Assembly: GCF_964213995.1 (NCBI RefSeq)
Contig: NC_135815.1
Span: 57,350,001 to 57,414,000, forward strand
Origin: Mustelus asterias
Lineage: Eukaryota
DNA: 64,000 nt
Direction: 5' to 3'
The translations under genes were made by a program, and so were the position numbers. The notes under the pieces were generated by a model that was given only the letters and a program-made list of their open reading frames with translations, was not told where the DNA came from and ran no database searches. How positions within the stretch are numbered: the stretch's first letter is position 1; every line of letters begins with the position of its first letter. Positions 11,104-23,073 of the stretch are shown in pieces.

Positions 11104-14100
11104 ATGGAGTGGAACGAGCCTGTGCATAGTTAATAAGGTTCCAAGTGCGGAATCTGATGCAGATCTGCCATTCTGACCAGCGGGAAAGGTGCTGCCGGAG
11201 AATTACTTACATTTCATAATAAGAGAATTCCACCCAAAATGTTTGCAGGTAAACCCTGCCTTTGTGTAATAGTGTATAATGAGTGATAGTGAAGTTGCAG
11301 CGTGTTCTTTATGCCCTCTCATTTTCTGTTTCCACTGATCTGATTTTGGCTTTTACTTCACCATCATTCCTTTTTATACTACCACACAACGTCACAATTT
11401 ACCCCCTTGTTCCATAAAATGCGTTGAATCCAGATTTCTAAAGCAGTTTTTGATGCCGTTTTGTGATGAACTCCCTGTGTAATTTTTCCAAGGTTCGCTG
11501 TGCTTTTTCATTTCTTTTTGCTGCTCTGAGTCCATGGTGTGTGGACAGCCTCCTTGGAAAACTTGTACTTTGCTAACCGCCCTCCTCTCCCAGCCCTCTC
11601 GCCAAGAAGAGGAATTTTTTTGTGTATTAGCTGTGTATCTAGAGACAAGATGATGCTGCACTGCGTGGACATGGGATTTTACATTGCTCATTGTGATGCC
11701 ATTTTCTATTATTTATATTTTCCTGTGTGATTTTGAATAAATGAGCAATGAATTGCTAATGGACAATAACATTTGAATTGAGTCGATTTTTTTTTGGTAC
11801 ATACACAGCGTGCAAAAAGTTTTAAAATAAACTACTAGGAAGAAAAAGGAATTAATTTATTAGTAACTAAAACGAATGATACTGTGTTGTTCTGAATAGC
11901 AACAGCGGGGTTGCTGTGATGTTAATGCTATAGCTGCAAGTTCTGTTAGTCAACATATAGAGCAATGGTACAATTTGCACCATGATGCAGAAAAATATAT
12001 CTGCATCCTAAAAATACCGACACATTGCTTTGCATGTCCTCTTATTGGAAAGCAAAATCCCAGTCCAGACTTTGAGTTGCTTCCTAATCTTCCTGGAAGA
12101 GGACCAATATTTCACCCAGCAGCTGACTGCTAGGTTGCTGGTCAAGATGCTGCAAGGGAGTAAAAGTATCTTGACCTTGCCCTGTGGGACTTTCTTTCAG
12201 TCGTTCAGACCTCAGTCTGAAAATACATTGGCACCACTTTAAACAACACTGGCACCTTCAGTGAGAGAAACGTGTTTCTCTCAGAGTTTGCTGCAAGAAG
12301 CATGGAACAAAGTTTAGGTTCTAATCCTAACCTAAATCCATGCAAAAGTAATAACTTAGAGAAAAAGTAAATAGGAAGGCCTTTTTGAGGGATTCTTTTT
12401 TAATTGGGTGGTCAGGTTATCAAATTACCTGAGACAGTTAATGACTAAAGGGAAATAGAAAAAGCCCAGCCTATTGTAAACATCAAAGGTAAAAGTGAAT
12501 CTTCATGATCTTTTCTTCCTCCTCAGATCACTTTCCTGTCTCCCCCCCCCCCCCCCCCCACCCCACTTCCTTCCACCTCCCACCCCTTCCAACAGCTGTT
12601 GGCTGCTCTTTAAGTGATTGGTGTCAAACTTGCCTCCTCACAGCCCATAAAATTACAGTCAATCATCATGGGACAGTGGCAGTATTTTGTTGACAAGTCT
12701 ACTTTCCACAACATCCCCCACCCCCCCCCCCCCCCCCCCTCCCGCCCCACTGAACATTTTGAACATTTGACAATAGTAGCCTGTTTGAAGGCGAGATGTT
12801 CACTTTCGGAAAGTGTCCACTGCCATCGAGTGGTTTTCCAAAGGCAGAAGTGTTAGCCATCACTTTAAGTTGCTTTAGTGACTCTGTTAATTTTACCATT
12901 AACTCAAAAGTGCTCAAATTAAATTGTTCTCTGCGTTTTAAGATTGCCCAGAGACTGATCAAGAGAACAACATTTGAAGTATTTCCTGCTTTATATCGTT
13001 TGGAACAATCGTTATTTAGAAACTGATTAGACTATGTATTGCAGAATCAACCTAGGCTGACCTGCTAAGGAATTAATGGAGTGGAACACTAGGGCTGCAG
13101 TACAACTAGAGGGAAACACCAAACAACAAGCTACAAAACGATGTTTGATGTGCCTCTGTAGTGCTGTGCCATCCATGAGCATGGCATGGATATCTCTCCC
13201 TCACAGTGGGATCAAAAACTCAATTGCTCTATTGTATGGAAATCCCAAACATTTTCTATACCGAGAGAAGGAAAAGTGGATGAAGTGGAAAATTAAACAT
13301 TCTAATGGATCTCCTCACTGCTGGTTACACACTCAGATTGGCAGAGGCTTGGAAATAGGAATTCCTGCCAGGAATTTCTGCAAATGAGGATCTCGCAAAG
13401 GGAAATAGGGGCAAAAAGCAAATAAAAAGGGAATTTAAAAAAGTCACAAAATATTTTGTTCATCGTTTTCTAAAAATAAAATTGCCATTACTCTTTTTAA
13501 AAATGACTGAGGCAGACTTGTGAAAAAGCCTCTAAAACATGTTCGGTAAGATAATTCTTTTAACTTATTTTTTCAAAGTTGTACACAATTAACTGGAATG
13601 TTTCAACTAAAATTTCTGTTAGCAATGTATAAGAAAGACCCCTTGGTTCACTTATTTTTATTCTAAAATATTTGTGCAGTCATTTTTCTGAGTGAAACAT
13701 TACATGCTTTTAGGGATTAGAAAATCCTGGCAAAGTTAGGTTGTTTACCAGATGGCACGAAAGTAAAATGTTTGCAGAGCTGAGTACATTTATTTTTATT
13801 CTACAAACACTGTAATTTAAGGTGCACAGGGGGTGCAGGGCCAACTGGGGATTGACAATGTTAGGAGAACCTGCCAGTAATGCACTTTTGTGGATCTGCA
13901 CAGTTATACACAATTTCAGGAAGCCATTATAATTTCACCCGGCTACACGACGCTAGCTGATGCTGGTGTTTTTCTTTACAAGATGGGATTTGTCACCAGG
14001 CACCATGGAACTAACTCCTCATGGGCTTTGAGATTCCCTTGCTGAGCTGTGAGTCATGTTTTTAAAAATTATAGTTGGAGCAAAATGCGAAATTCAAATA

Positions 14101-14689
14101 CTTTCCTCGTAATCAAAAGTGTTCAAACTCATACATGTGCACATTTTCTGTAGACCTTTATTTCATTTGACATTGGTAAATCCACATTTATAATAGACAC
14201 TGCAGAGATAAACTCTGAGGTTAACTTGTCTCACTGTAATTAGGTTTGTAATTTGTTATCCCTTCTATCACCATCACACATTCACCCGAAGAAACAATAG
14301 GCCCAATTTTAACTCGGTGTAAAGGAATGGGTTTTAAGTGAGTTAAAATCTCATCCTACGTTCCTTCCTCTGGCATGAAGTTGCGATTTCAGTGTCATAA
14401 ATTTACTCAGGCAGTTTCCATTATAAATATGGACAAATAAATTTGGAATAGAAATATAAAAACAGGTCGGAAGGCAGTATTTTAAAATTGGGACTGATCT
14501 ACATCTGCAACCTGATCCAATATCATCTACAGCTAAACCTGCGACACGGGAAGGTTTGATTCCTTATATGCAATGTTATGGAATTTGATTAGTATTTCTT
14601 TGAGTAACCATATCCACTGATAATTTGTCAATGCTGAATAGCACCCATTCTGACATGGTCTTCATGTTTTGTGACATCCAAATTGAACA

Positions 14690-14965
14690 AAGACGGTGAC
14701 ACAGTGGTTAGCACTGCTGCCTCACAGCGCTAGGGACTCGGGTCCGACTCTCGGCTTGGGTCACTGTCTGTGTAGAGTCTGCACATTCTCCCTGTGTCTG
14801 GTTCCCTCCGACAGTCCAAAAGTTAGGGGCACTGGCCATGCTACATTGCCCTTCAGTGTACCCAAACAAGTGCCAGAGTGTGGCAGCTAGGGGATTTTCA
14901 CAGTAACTTCATTGCAATATTAATGTAAGCTTACTTGTGACACTAATAAACAAACTTTTTAAAAA
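14690..14965 (+). mobile_element. V-SINE, tail type B
   Basis: tRNA-like head, internally deleted V-core, tail ...ttacttgtgacactaataaa. Confidence 0.85.
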
Positions 14966-15331
14966 ATAATTTCAGGACCCAAAACAATGCTAGGCTGCTG
15001 CCAGAATTATTGTGCAAAGCCCAAAGTGCATACTGGCAGAATGATGAACCTGCCTGGCTACACTTGAGCAACTCAGGAATATCGTTTCAACATGCTCCCA
15101 GCACAAATGAAGCTTTGCACAGGCAACAGAGTGAAGGGGTTTTCACACAATATGATAATCATGCAGTCTTTAAAGAACAATTGCTCTCAAGATTATAGGA
15201 TCACAATCACTTCAAGGTTAACGGGCAGCATATGACAATTTTAAAGGCTCCAAAATGTTTCTAGAAAGTTTTCAGCTGTTGAAAGTCTGGGATCATGGAG
15301 TCATGATTAAGATCAAAGGGCACAAAACAAA

Positions 15332-15472
15332 GGCCAAAATTCTCACGTGTAACCTCGTCTGCAGCTGGGAGTCTCTGGTCCCACTGCAATGAATGGAAAT
15401 TTGGTAGAGTGCCAAATTCTCCGTCCTCACTGGCAGCGGTAGCGGGACGTGCAAGACTGGAGAATTCCGGCC
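15332..15472. mobile_element. Short Harbinger-type MITE
   Basis: TIRs ggccaaaattctc / gagaattccggcc. Confidence 0.7.
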
Positions 15473-15535
15473 TAAATATGAAACCATGAAATGGAGTTAG
15501 TGGGCAAGTGAGGGAACAGTTTATGAAATGAACTA

Positions 15536-15830
15536 GGCAGCACGACAGCACAGTGGTTAGCACTGCTGCCTGAGAGCACCAGGGACCTGGGTTCAATTCC
15601 AGCTTTGAGTGACTATCTGTATAGAGTTTGCATGTTCTCCCTATGTCTGCGTGGGTTTCCTCCGGGTGCTCCAGTTTCCTCGTTCATTCCAAAGATGTGC
15701 GGGTTAGGTGGATTGGTCATGATCAATGTGCGGGGTTACGGGGTTGGGCCTAGGTAGGGTGCTCTTTTGGAGAGTTGGTGCAGACTTGATGGGCCGAATG
15801 GCCCTTTCTGCACTGTAGGGATTCCATGAT
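15536..15830 (+). mobile_element. HE1-like V-SINE, tail type A
   Basis: Head, V-core and CR1-type tail. Confidence 0.9.
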
Positions 15831-16187
15831 TTTACTTCTTCATGAGATGGATACAAGGAGAGTTGTCTTGTTCATACTCCCCAGAAGGTAGCTGTGCACC
15901 ATATCTCTCCAAAGTTCGAAGGTGCCTACAGTATCTGTGGAACATGGAATGAAATGTGGGAGAGCACAGCTCTCTTCAAAGAAGCTGGAAGGTTAAGACT
16001 GCCCAATAGTATCATGAATAGCAAGATGACCCAATCGTGCCCCTGTTTCCATGTTCTTCAGCCCCTAACCCAGATGTCCATGTCACAAAGTATTGTCGGT
16101 AACAATGACCTATGATGAAAAATATGGCTATGTTTAGAGTGTAGTTAATCATCGTTGTTGGAACTCCTGTGGCTGTCCTCCACAATG

Positions 16188-17376
16188 TAAGAAGTCTCAC
16201 AACACCAGGTTAAAGTCCAACAGGTTTATTTGGTAACAAAAGCCATTAGCTTTTGGAGCACTGCTCCTTCATCAGGTAAGTGGGAGTTGTGTTCACAAAC
16301 AGGGCATATAAAGACACAAACTCAATTTACAAAATAATGGTTGGAATGCGAGTCACATGAGATGATGGCATCCGTGTCGATGATCTAGCATGTCTTGCAG
16401 AGGTTGCTGTGGCAGGGTTGTGTGGTGTCGTGGTCACTGTTCTCCTGAAGGCTGGGTAGTTTGCTGCGGCCAATGGTCTGTTTGAGGTTGTGCGGTTGTT
16501 TAAAGGCAAGAAGTGGGGGTGTGGGGATGGCCTTGGCGAGATGTTCGTCTTCATCAATGACATGTTGAAGGTTCCCGAGAAGATGTCATAGCTTCTCCGC
16601 TCCTGTGAAGCACTGGACGACGAAGGGTACTCTGTCCGCTGTGTCCCGTGTTTGTCTTCTGAGGAGGTTGGTGCGGTTTTTCGCTGTGACGCGTCGGAAC
16701 TGTCGATCGATGAGTCAAGTGCCATATCCTGTTCTTATGAGGGCACCTTTCAGTGTCTGGAGGTGTCTGTTGCGATCCTCCTCATCTGAGCAGATCCCGT
16801 GTATACGGAGAGCTTGTCCGTAGGGGGTGGCTTCTTTAACGTGTTTAGGGTGGAAGCTGGAGAAGTGGAACATCGTGAGGTTATCCGTGGGCTTGCGGTA
16901 CAGTGAAGTGTTGAGGTGACCGTCCTTGATGGAGATCCGTGTGTCCAAGAATGCAACCGATGCAACTGATAGCCAAGTTCCGCACACATGAGGACAACCT
17001 CAACCAGGATCTTGGGTTCATGTCACACTATCTGTAACCCCCACGACTTGCCTGGGCTTGCAAAATCTCACTAACTGTCCTGGCTGGAGACAATACACAT
17101 CTCTTTAACTTGTGTTTAACCCTCTCTCCACTCACATTGTCTGTATCTTTAAGACTTGATTACCTGTAAAGACTCGCCTTCCAACCATTATTTTGTAAAT
17201 TGAGGTTGTGTCTTTATATGCCCTGTTTGTGAACAGAACTCCCACTCACCTGACGAAGGAGCAGCGCTCCGAAAGCTAGTGGCTTTTGCTACCAAATAAA
17301 CCTGTTGGACTTTAACCTGGTGTTGTTAAACTTCTTACTGTGTTTACCCCAGTCCAATGCCGGCATCTCCACATCA
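16188..17376 (-). mobile_element. Penelope-like element fragment with inverted pseudo-LTR ends
   Basis: Minus-strand RT thumb FLDTRISIKDG..LYRKPTD..SSFHPKHVK..GQALRIHGICSD. Ends 16188-16350 and about 17170-17338 are inverted copies. 14 bp TSD tgtcctccacaatg (16174-16187 and 17377-17390). Confidence 0.93.
17246..17282 (+). ncRNA. Minimal type I hammerhead ribozyme motif in the Penelope pLTR
   Basis: tcac-CTGACGA-a-GGAGC agc GCTCC-GAAA-gct-a-gtgg: core boxes, stem II, palindromic AGCT stem III, short stem I. Confidence 0.8.
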
Positions 17377-18126
17377 TGTCCTCCACAATGGCAGGAAGAT
17401 AAACTCTTCTATTCTGTTTCAGATTATCCATGGAAGCATTTTCATTGTTTTGCCAAGTTTTGTAGCTGTGGCACACAATTTACCGGTTGTGGACATTGTT
17501 GGCTAAATCAAGCTCACGGACATTTTGATCGAATTTTCTCTGTCAAAGGACCCACAAACCTCCTTCACGCACTCATGTGCCAGAAACCAAAGCCCCCCCC
17601 CCCAGCCCCACCCACTTCCCACCCCCCCGTCATTCCACTGTCTATCGGTTCCAGATTTACTGTTTACCCAAGGCATGCCCTTATCTCACACAGTGTCATG
17701 CATGGAGGCAGCAGGCAAATTCACTCTCAAAACCTCACAAATAGCCCTCGGAAACTCAACGATGTGAGTGAAAAATCCAAATTATTGATAGAAAAGTCAC
17801 ACTTGCATTTCCACGGTTTGAACCTCTCCAGGAATCTTTGCACTCTCACAACTGGGTGGCTGTACAGTGGGCCGGCTTCTGCTTCTGAATGCATTTTCTT
17901 CCTCCCCCCCTTGCTGAACCTGGGCTGTGTCTTGCTGCTAATGGCTCTCTGTCTCTCTCTCTCTAGTTTGTTGCTGGAAACGACATTAACATTGACTATG
18001 AGTCAAAGTGCTTCTTTCTGTCATGGCAATGCTAGTGGGAGAGAGACTGCACTCTTCACAACTTCAGATGTGTGAACATTTGTGTGCCGACCTTTCTCTC
18101 ACTCTTCCCAGGTTTGCCAGGGAAAT

Positions 18127-18230
18127 AACAAAGAACAAAGAACAATACAGCACAGGAACAGGCCCTTCGGCCCTCCAAGCTGCACCGATCATGTGTTCCT
18201 AAATAGACCATCCGTTTGTATCCCTCTATT
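18127..18230 (-). mobile_element. Short CR1 3' end followed by an AT/TA-rich tract to about 18325
   Basis: (TTCTTTG)n tail and ggcccttcggccc hairpin, as at 59022. Confidence 0.75.
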
Positions 18231-19310
18231 TCTATAGAATTTTATATTTTAAAAAATATTTATATATAAATATTTAAATTTATATATATTTTATATTTAT
18301 ATATATATAGCTATACAGCTATAAAAATGCTGTAAATAGGTCAGGATTTGGGGCATTTTGAATTGTCAGCTATGATTCTTTTAACCAGACTTGTGCTCTT
18401 AGTTATTCGCCATCTGCTTTCCCTCCCAATTTTGACATGCCCCTCTTTAAAAAAAAGTAATTGCTCCTAACAGCAAATACATATCAGTGGCCAAACACCA
18501 TTAAGGGCCAACTAAAACCATTGATCAGAGACCAACTGGAATTTTACCAGTTGATCTGCTGGAACCTCGTGGCATCAAGAACATAACAGCTGCCAACAGC
18601 TGCCCAGTGACAGACCAGGAAGACCAGTGCTCCACGATCACTCTGAGGCCCTTCCCATGGTCACCATATCCACGGGGTCTCAGCTGCAGCCACAGGTTCC
18701 ATGTAGAGGGTTACAATGGCGGCCACTTTTAATTTCAAATGTTTCAGAAGTGTTAAGAGGGTGCCTGAAGATGGAAGCATCATCTCTCTCCCCTAACCAC
18801 AATAGCAGGCTGAAGCTCCCTTAGTGCTGGAGCAACTCCTATTGTTCCTTCCAACTACAAGAGCATACCTACTGTCCTTAGCTGGACAACGACCGTGCCC
18901 TTTGGCCGACCCAGTAAAAATCACTTTGGTGTGGGGTCAGAACCTGCGTTTGATCCAGAAATCGATAACCCAACCCCAACTGGAAAATCCTGCCTCAAAT
19001 CTCTGACCTTTTATTCCAGAGTAGACAGAAGTAGCTCAGTCATTGGCATGTAGATGTGCCAAGACCAGTAGAAATGGACTCAGGCTGTAGGTGCTCGTCA
19101 TTATCTATCAGTTCAACCGTGAAATGCTGTCTTTGAGAAAAAAATTCACGTGGCGGGGGGCACAAAACAAATTGGATTAAAATAAAACAGCACTAAATAG
19201 GATCAGTGCAACAAAATGAAACATTTCTGATTTAAGAGCCTGGCCATTTTTAATCCTGTTCCATACACAGGCATGGTGGAACCGAGCAAATCCTGTGCAA
19301 TATATCTCTG

Positions 19311-19446
19311 ATGTGGAGATGCTGGTGTTGGACTGGGGTAAACACAGTGAGAAGTCTCACAACACCAGGTTAAAGTCCAACAGGCTAGTGGCTTTTGCTA
19401 CCAAATAAACCTGTTGGCCTTTAACCTGGTGTTGTGAGACTTCTTA
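19311..19446. mobile_element. Fold-back Penelope pLTR-end insertion
   Basis: Inverted aacaccaggttaaagtccaacagg arms. 13 bp TSD caatatatctctg (19298-19310 and 19447-19459). Confidence 0.88.
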
Positions 19447-20365
19447 CAATATATCTCTGTCAGATGGCCATTTAAATATTTTAGCTTTAATTGAACGATT
19501 GCACAAAATGCACATAGCACTTCAGGCTGTCTGATACAGAAGGACATGCTGGAATTACAGTGCAGAGAGAAACAAGCACAGCTCCTGAATTCTGTGCCTC
19601 CAATGTTCCAGTTGAATAGTCGCTCTCTTAACAGTAGAAACAATGAATTGGGACCTATAGCTGAAAAATAGTTATTACAAACTATCTGTTCCATTTCGCA
19701 AAAGCATTAAAAAAAACAGCTGGCATGAATTTTTCAACAAATGAGTGCTGGCCTTGCCCTCTATAAATCTTCACTGCACATTTATTGGGAAACTTATAGA
19801 TGCTGACTTCTCAGCTGTCAGTGCCAAAGACTATAACTGACCAGTGAGTAATGCCTCTTGCAGTTCTGCTGACCACCAAGTTACACTCTGTTTACCGACT
19901 CTCCAATATAACCTTGCTTCTGTAGGACTGAATTGACTTTGACAGTAACGTGTGAAAAAATATTTGCAAATAACTTCATCAGTTCCAGAATGCCTATGTA
20001 GTTCTATGCTGCCACCGACAGTGTGAATGGTGTTTTTGTTTCATCTTCCTATCGATTTTGCCTTTGTTTGTCTTTGGGTTTTGCAAATGTATTACTGCAG
20101 CTGAGAATCCAATGTGTTAATGGTCTTTATATCTTGACAGCAGATAGGAATGTCTAATGCTGGATTTCCCCCATCACAATGAGCATCCATCTCCCTCCTG
20201 TGAGTTGTAAAAAGCAGCAATGTTTCCAGCACCTACTCACTTTAGGCGACAACAATTAATTAGCTGGAGAGGAAAAGAAGTATTAATTCTAACACTGGGC
20301 GGTGTGTCTGCTGTTGAAAAACACTGCTAAATATGGAGCACTGGGCAAGAGGGTTTGGCACCTAC

Positions 20366-20461
20366 CTTGGGAAACATTTGCTCAGTTTCTTCCTGCACTT
20401 TCCTTTGTTTGCTCACGAGATGGTTTATATGTTGGAAGGATGGTAATCCTGGAAGCCCACC
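20366..20461 (-). CDS. Internal coding exon D (GGLPGLPSFQHINHLVSKQRKVQEETEQMFPK)
   Basis: 96 nt, phase 0/0. Acceptor tttttgttcattcatgtccttacAG, donor AAG|GTAGGT. Frame-compatible with exon C. Confidence 0.7.
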
Positions 20462-21206
20462 CTGTAAGGACATGAATGAACAAAAACTGTAGTGAAATGA
20501 AAAAGAACTATAAGTGGTAATCGCTTACCTCCTTTGAGAGGCTGCTCTGTCATAATGCAGAGAATCTCACATTTTGCAATTTGATGAAAGTTTTGTATCC
20601 TTATTAACACTGAAGTCTTTAAAGGAGATCAAAATAATACCAGTGTACTGTTTTATAGAAGTACTTAAGGAGAATGATCAAATCTCCATTCAAATAACAC
20701 TTTGATAAAACATCTTATTTTGATCTATTTCAATTACTTCAGTTTTGATAAGGTTGCAATACTTTTGCTGGCACTGGACATAATGAAGGCATTGCCTGCT
20801 CATATAAACCAAGAGGTCATTGACTCAGTTCCTGATTTGTGCTGAGTTAACCAGCAGCAACTGGTTTGTATAATCACTCTAGTGTTCTTGGGCTAATAGG
20901 ATGAGAACTCAGCCAGGGTTCACATTCCTGAGTAATATCCAGTGACCTTTGCTGAAAAGTGTGTTTGTTAGATGTTAGTGGATATCGCGTAGGAGCAGGA
21001 ATGGGCTCAGCTGTGATGGTGTCCACAGTTGAATAGCAGCTGCCATTCACTGCCATGACGAATATCAGCTTGCGCAAAATTCTAGGAAGTTATGAAAGTT
21101 TGTGTAGACGTAGTTCTCGAGAGGCAGAATTTTTTTTAAATGAAAGCTGGAGTTTCAAGGTTAATGAGAAACTTGGTGGGTGAAATTCCTGCAGCCTTTA
21201 TTTTGC

Positions 21207-21630
21207 CCTCTTTTTAGGTCAAACCAAATAAACAAACTCAGATTAAATCAGGACAAAGTAAAAGGGGCAGCTCCCCAAAAAGGAGGGGGAACAGCCCGAA
21301 CAGAAATCAAAGTACAAAGGAAACTTAAAAACATCAAATTAAAATGTGATTATTAGGGTCAATAATGCACCCCAACCCCTGCGGTGCCCAGCGGGCGCGG
21401 AAGGCGTCAACCGCGCCCGTGGACACCACATGCTCCCTCTCCAGGGACACCTGGCCGCGAACGTAGCCGCGGTAGAGGGGCAGACAGTCAGGATGGACGG
21501 CCCCCTCAATCGCCCGCTGCCTGGACCGGTAAATGGCGCGTGTCACCAGGCCCAGGAGCAGGTTCACGAGGAGGTCGCCATCCCGACCCTCCCCTCTCCG
21601 CACCGGGTGTCCATAGATCAGGAGCCGCAG
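21207..21630 (-). mobile_element. Tx1-clade non-LTR retrotransposon 3' fragment
   Basis: ORF2 C-terminus LLIYGHPV...LLVNLLLGL..AIYRSR...FRARWAP...ILI* followed by a pyrimidine-rich 3' UTR. Confidence 0.8.
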
Positions 21631-23073
21631 CACAATTCTCTCATCTGGGACTAAATCCTGTGGACAGGAAATATTTCCTGCTGCAGAGGCCAAAGGGAAA
21701 CCACGCCATATCTTCCATCTCTGACATCATTCATTATGCAACCCCAGGGGGGGTTTTGCACCATCTTTTGTGACAGGGCAGACTTGATGGTGCACGTCCA
21801 GCCATCATATCCGGTTGTCATATTTAAGAGATGCCTAACATCACTGACCCACTGTTGAAGAGGTTGGACGATGGAGCTCCTTGAAGACACTGAAGCTTCA
21901 AGATCCAGCTGACAAATGCTTCCCCTGCCCACTGTTGTGGTGCTCCAGGGTCCAAGATCACTGACGGCCTCCATCCAGATCTCTGGAGGCAGCTCAGGCC
22001 TTCTTCAGGTGAGTCCTGACTTCTGCACGCCACGCTAGTCCAGACGTATTCTGGGCTGTCATGTTTTTCCACTGGTGTCGTGGGGAAATGAAGGGTGGGG
22101 GGGCGAGAGATTCTGGTTGGCCCTTCACCTATTAACCCATTAATCGAATGCAAATCAGTTTCACACCGGCCTCCAATGGGATTCCCGATTCATCATGGCA
22201 GGCAGCATAGGAAGATCCCATTGTATCTTCACACTGGCGTGAGACCAATTTTTGGGCTTCCCGCCAAATTCCACCCCCACCCTGCCAAATCCCATCCCCA
22301 CTGCCCGCCAACCCAATATTTTTACAAATGCATGCTCCTGGTAGGTGGAGTTCTGCCCCTGGAAGTACATAAGGGGAATTTGACATATGTTCCTCCCCTG
22401 CTCTGCAACAAGGTTTTGTCTATTTTCCTATTACACTAAACCCGACTGCCTCCGATTGTTTGTCTGTAGATTTAGTAATAGGCACTGTGTGAAACTGTCT
22501 AAAAGTGAAGATAATCTTTTCACTATTGGTTACTTCCCAACCAAATTAAGTGTTGAAGAACACAAGTAAGCCATTTAGTGTTGTTAAACTCACATACACA
22601 GTGAACAAAATCATCAGCACATAAATTTACATGGGCATTTATGAATCAAAGCTATTTCAAATTTGGCAATAAGAGTAAGTAATGTGCTGCCATTTTATAA
22701 CAGAGTTCCAGAGGTCACTTAATATCAGAGAATGAATTCCATACATGTACATTGCTGATGTGGTCCCCACACACACTGACAGAGAAAATCAGAAACTGGC
22801 GTCACGTTATCATGGACAACAATTAAAAGTGCAATTTTATCCTATATATAAATATAAAACATATATACCTTGCGTGTAACTAAATAAATATGCTTGCTTG
22901 CTTCTGAACATTTCTCCTCTTTTTTTTCCTTCACATGGAGCATGGCACAGCCAGCAGCAGACCTTTGCATGGTCCGCGCCCGTGCCCCTGCCCCCGCCCC
23001 TCCCCCTGCCCCCCTCCCCCCACCCTCGCCCCTGCCCCTCCCCCTCACCCTCCTCCCACCCCTCCCCCCGTCT

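Larger units (their letters stand above)
7668..11234. mobile_element. Older Harbinger-like non-autonomous element hosting nested SINEs and a younger MITE
   Basis: Left end gggcgcaattctc (7668) and right end gagaattccaccc (about 11222-11234) are imperfect inverted repeats of the GGG-terminal type seen in the other MITEs. Confidence 0.45.

Noticed and set aside
17305-18075. 256 aa plus-strand ORF
   Set aside because: Starts in a Penelope pLTR on a non-ATG codon and crosses a C-run. No recognisable domain or splice support.
18230-18325. AT-only tract; also (gttgaacttt)n at about 58580 and poly-C/G runs
   Set aside because: Ordinary simple repeats.
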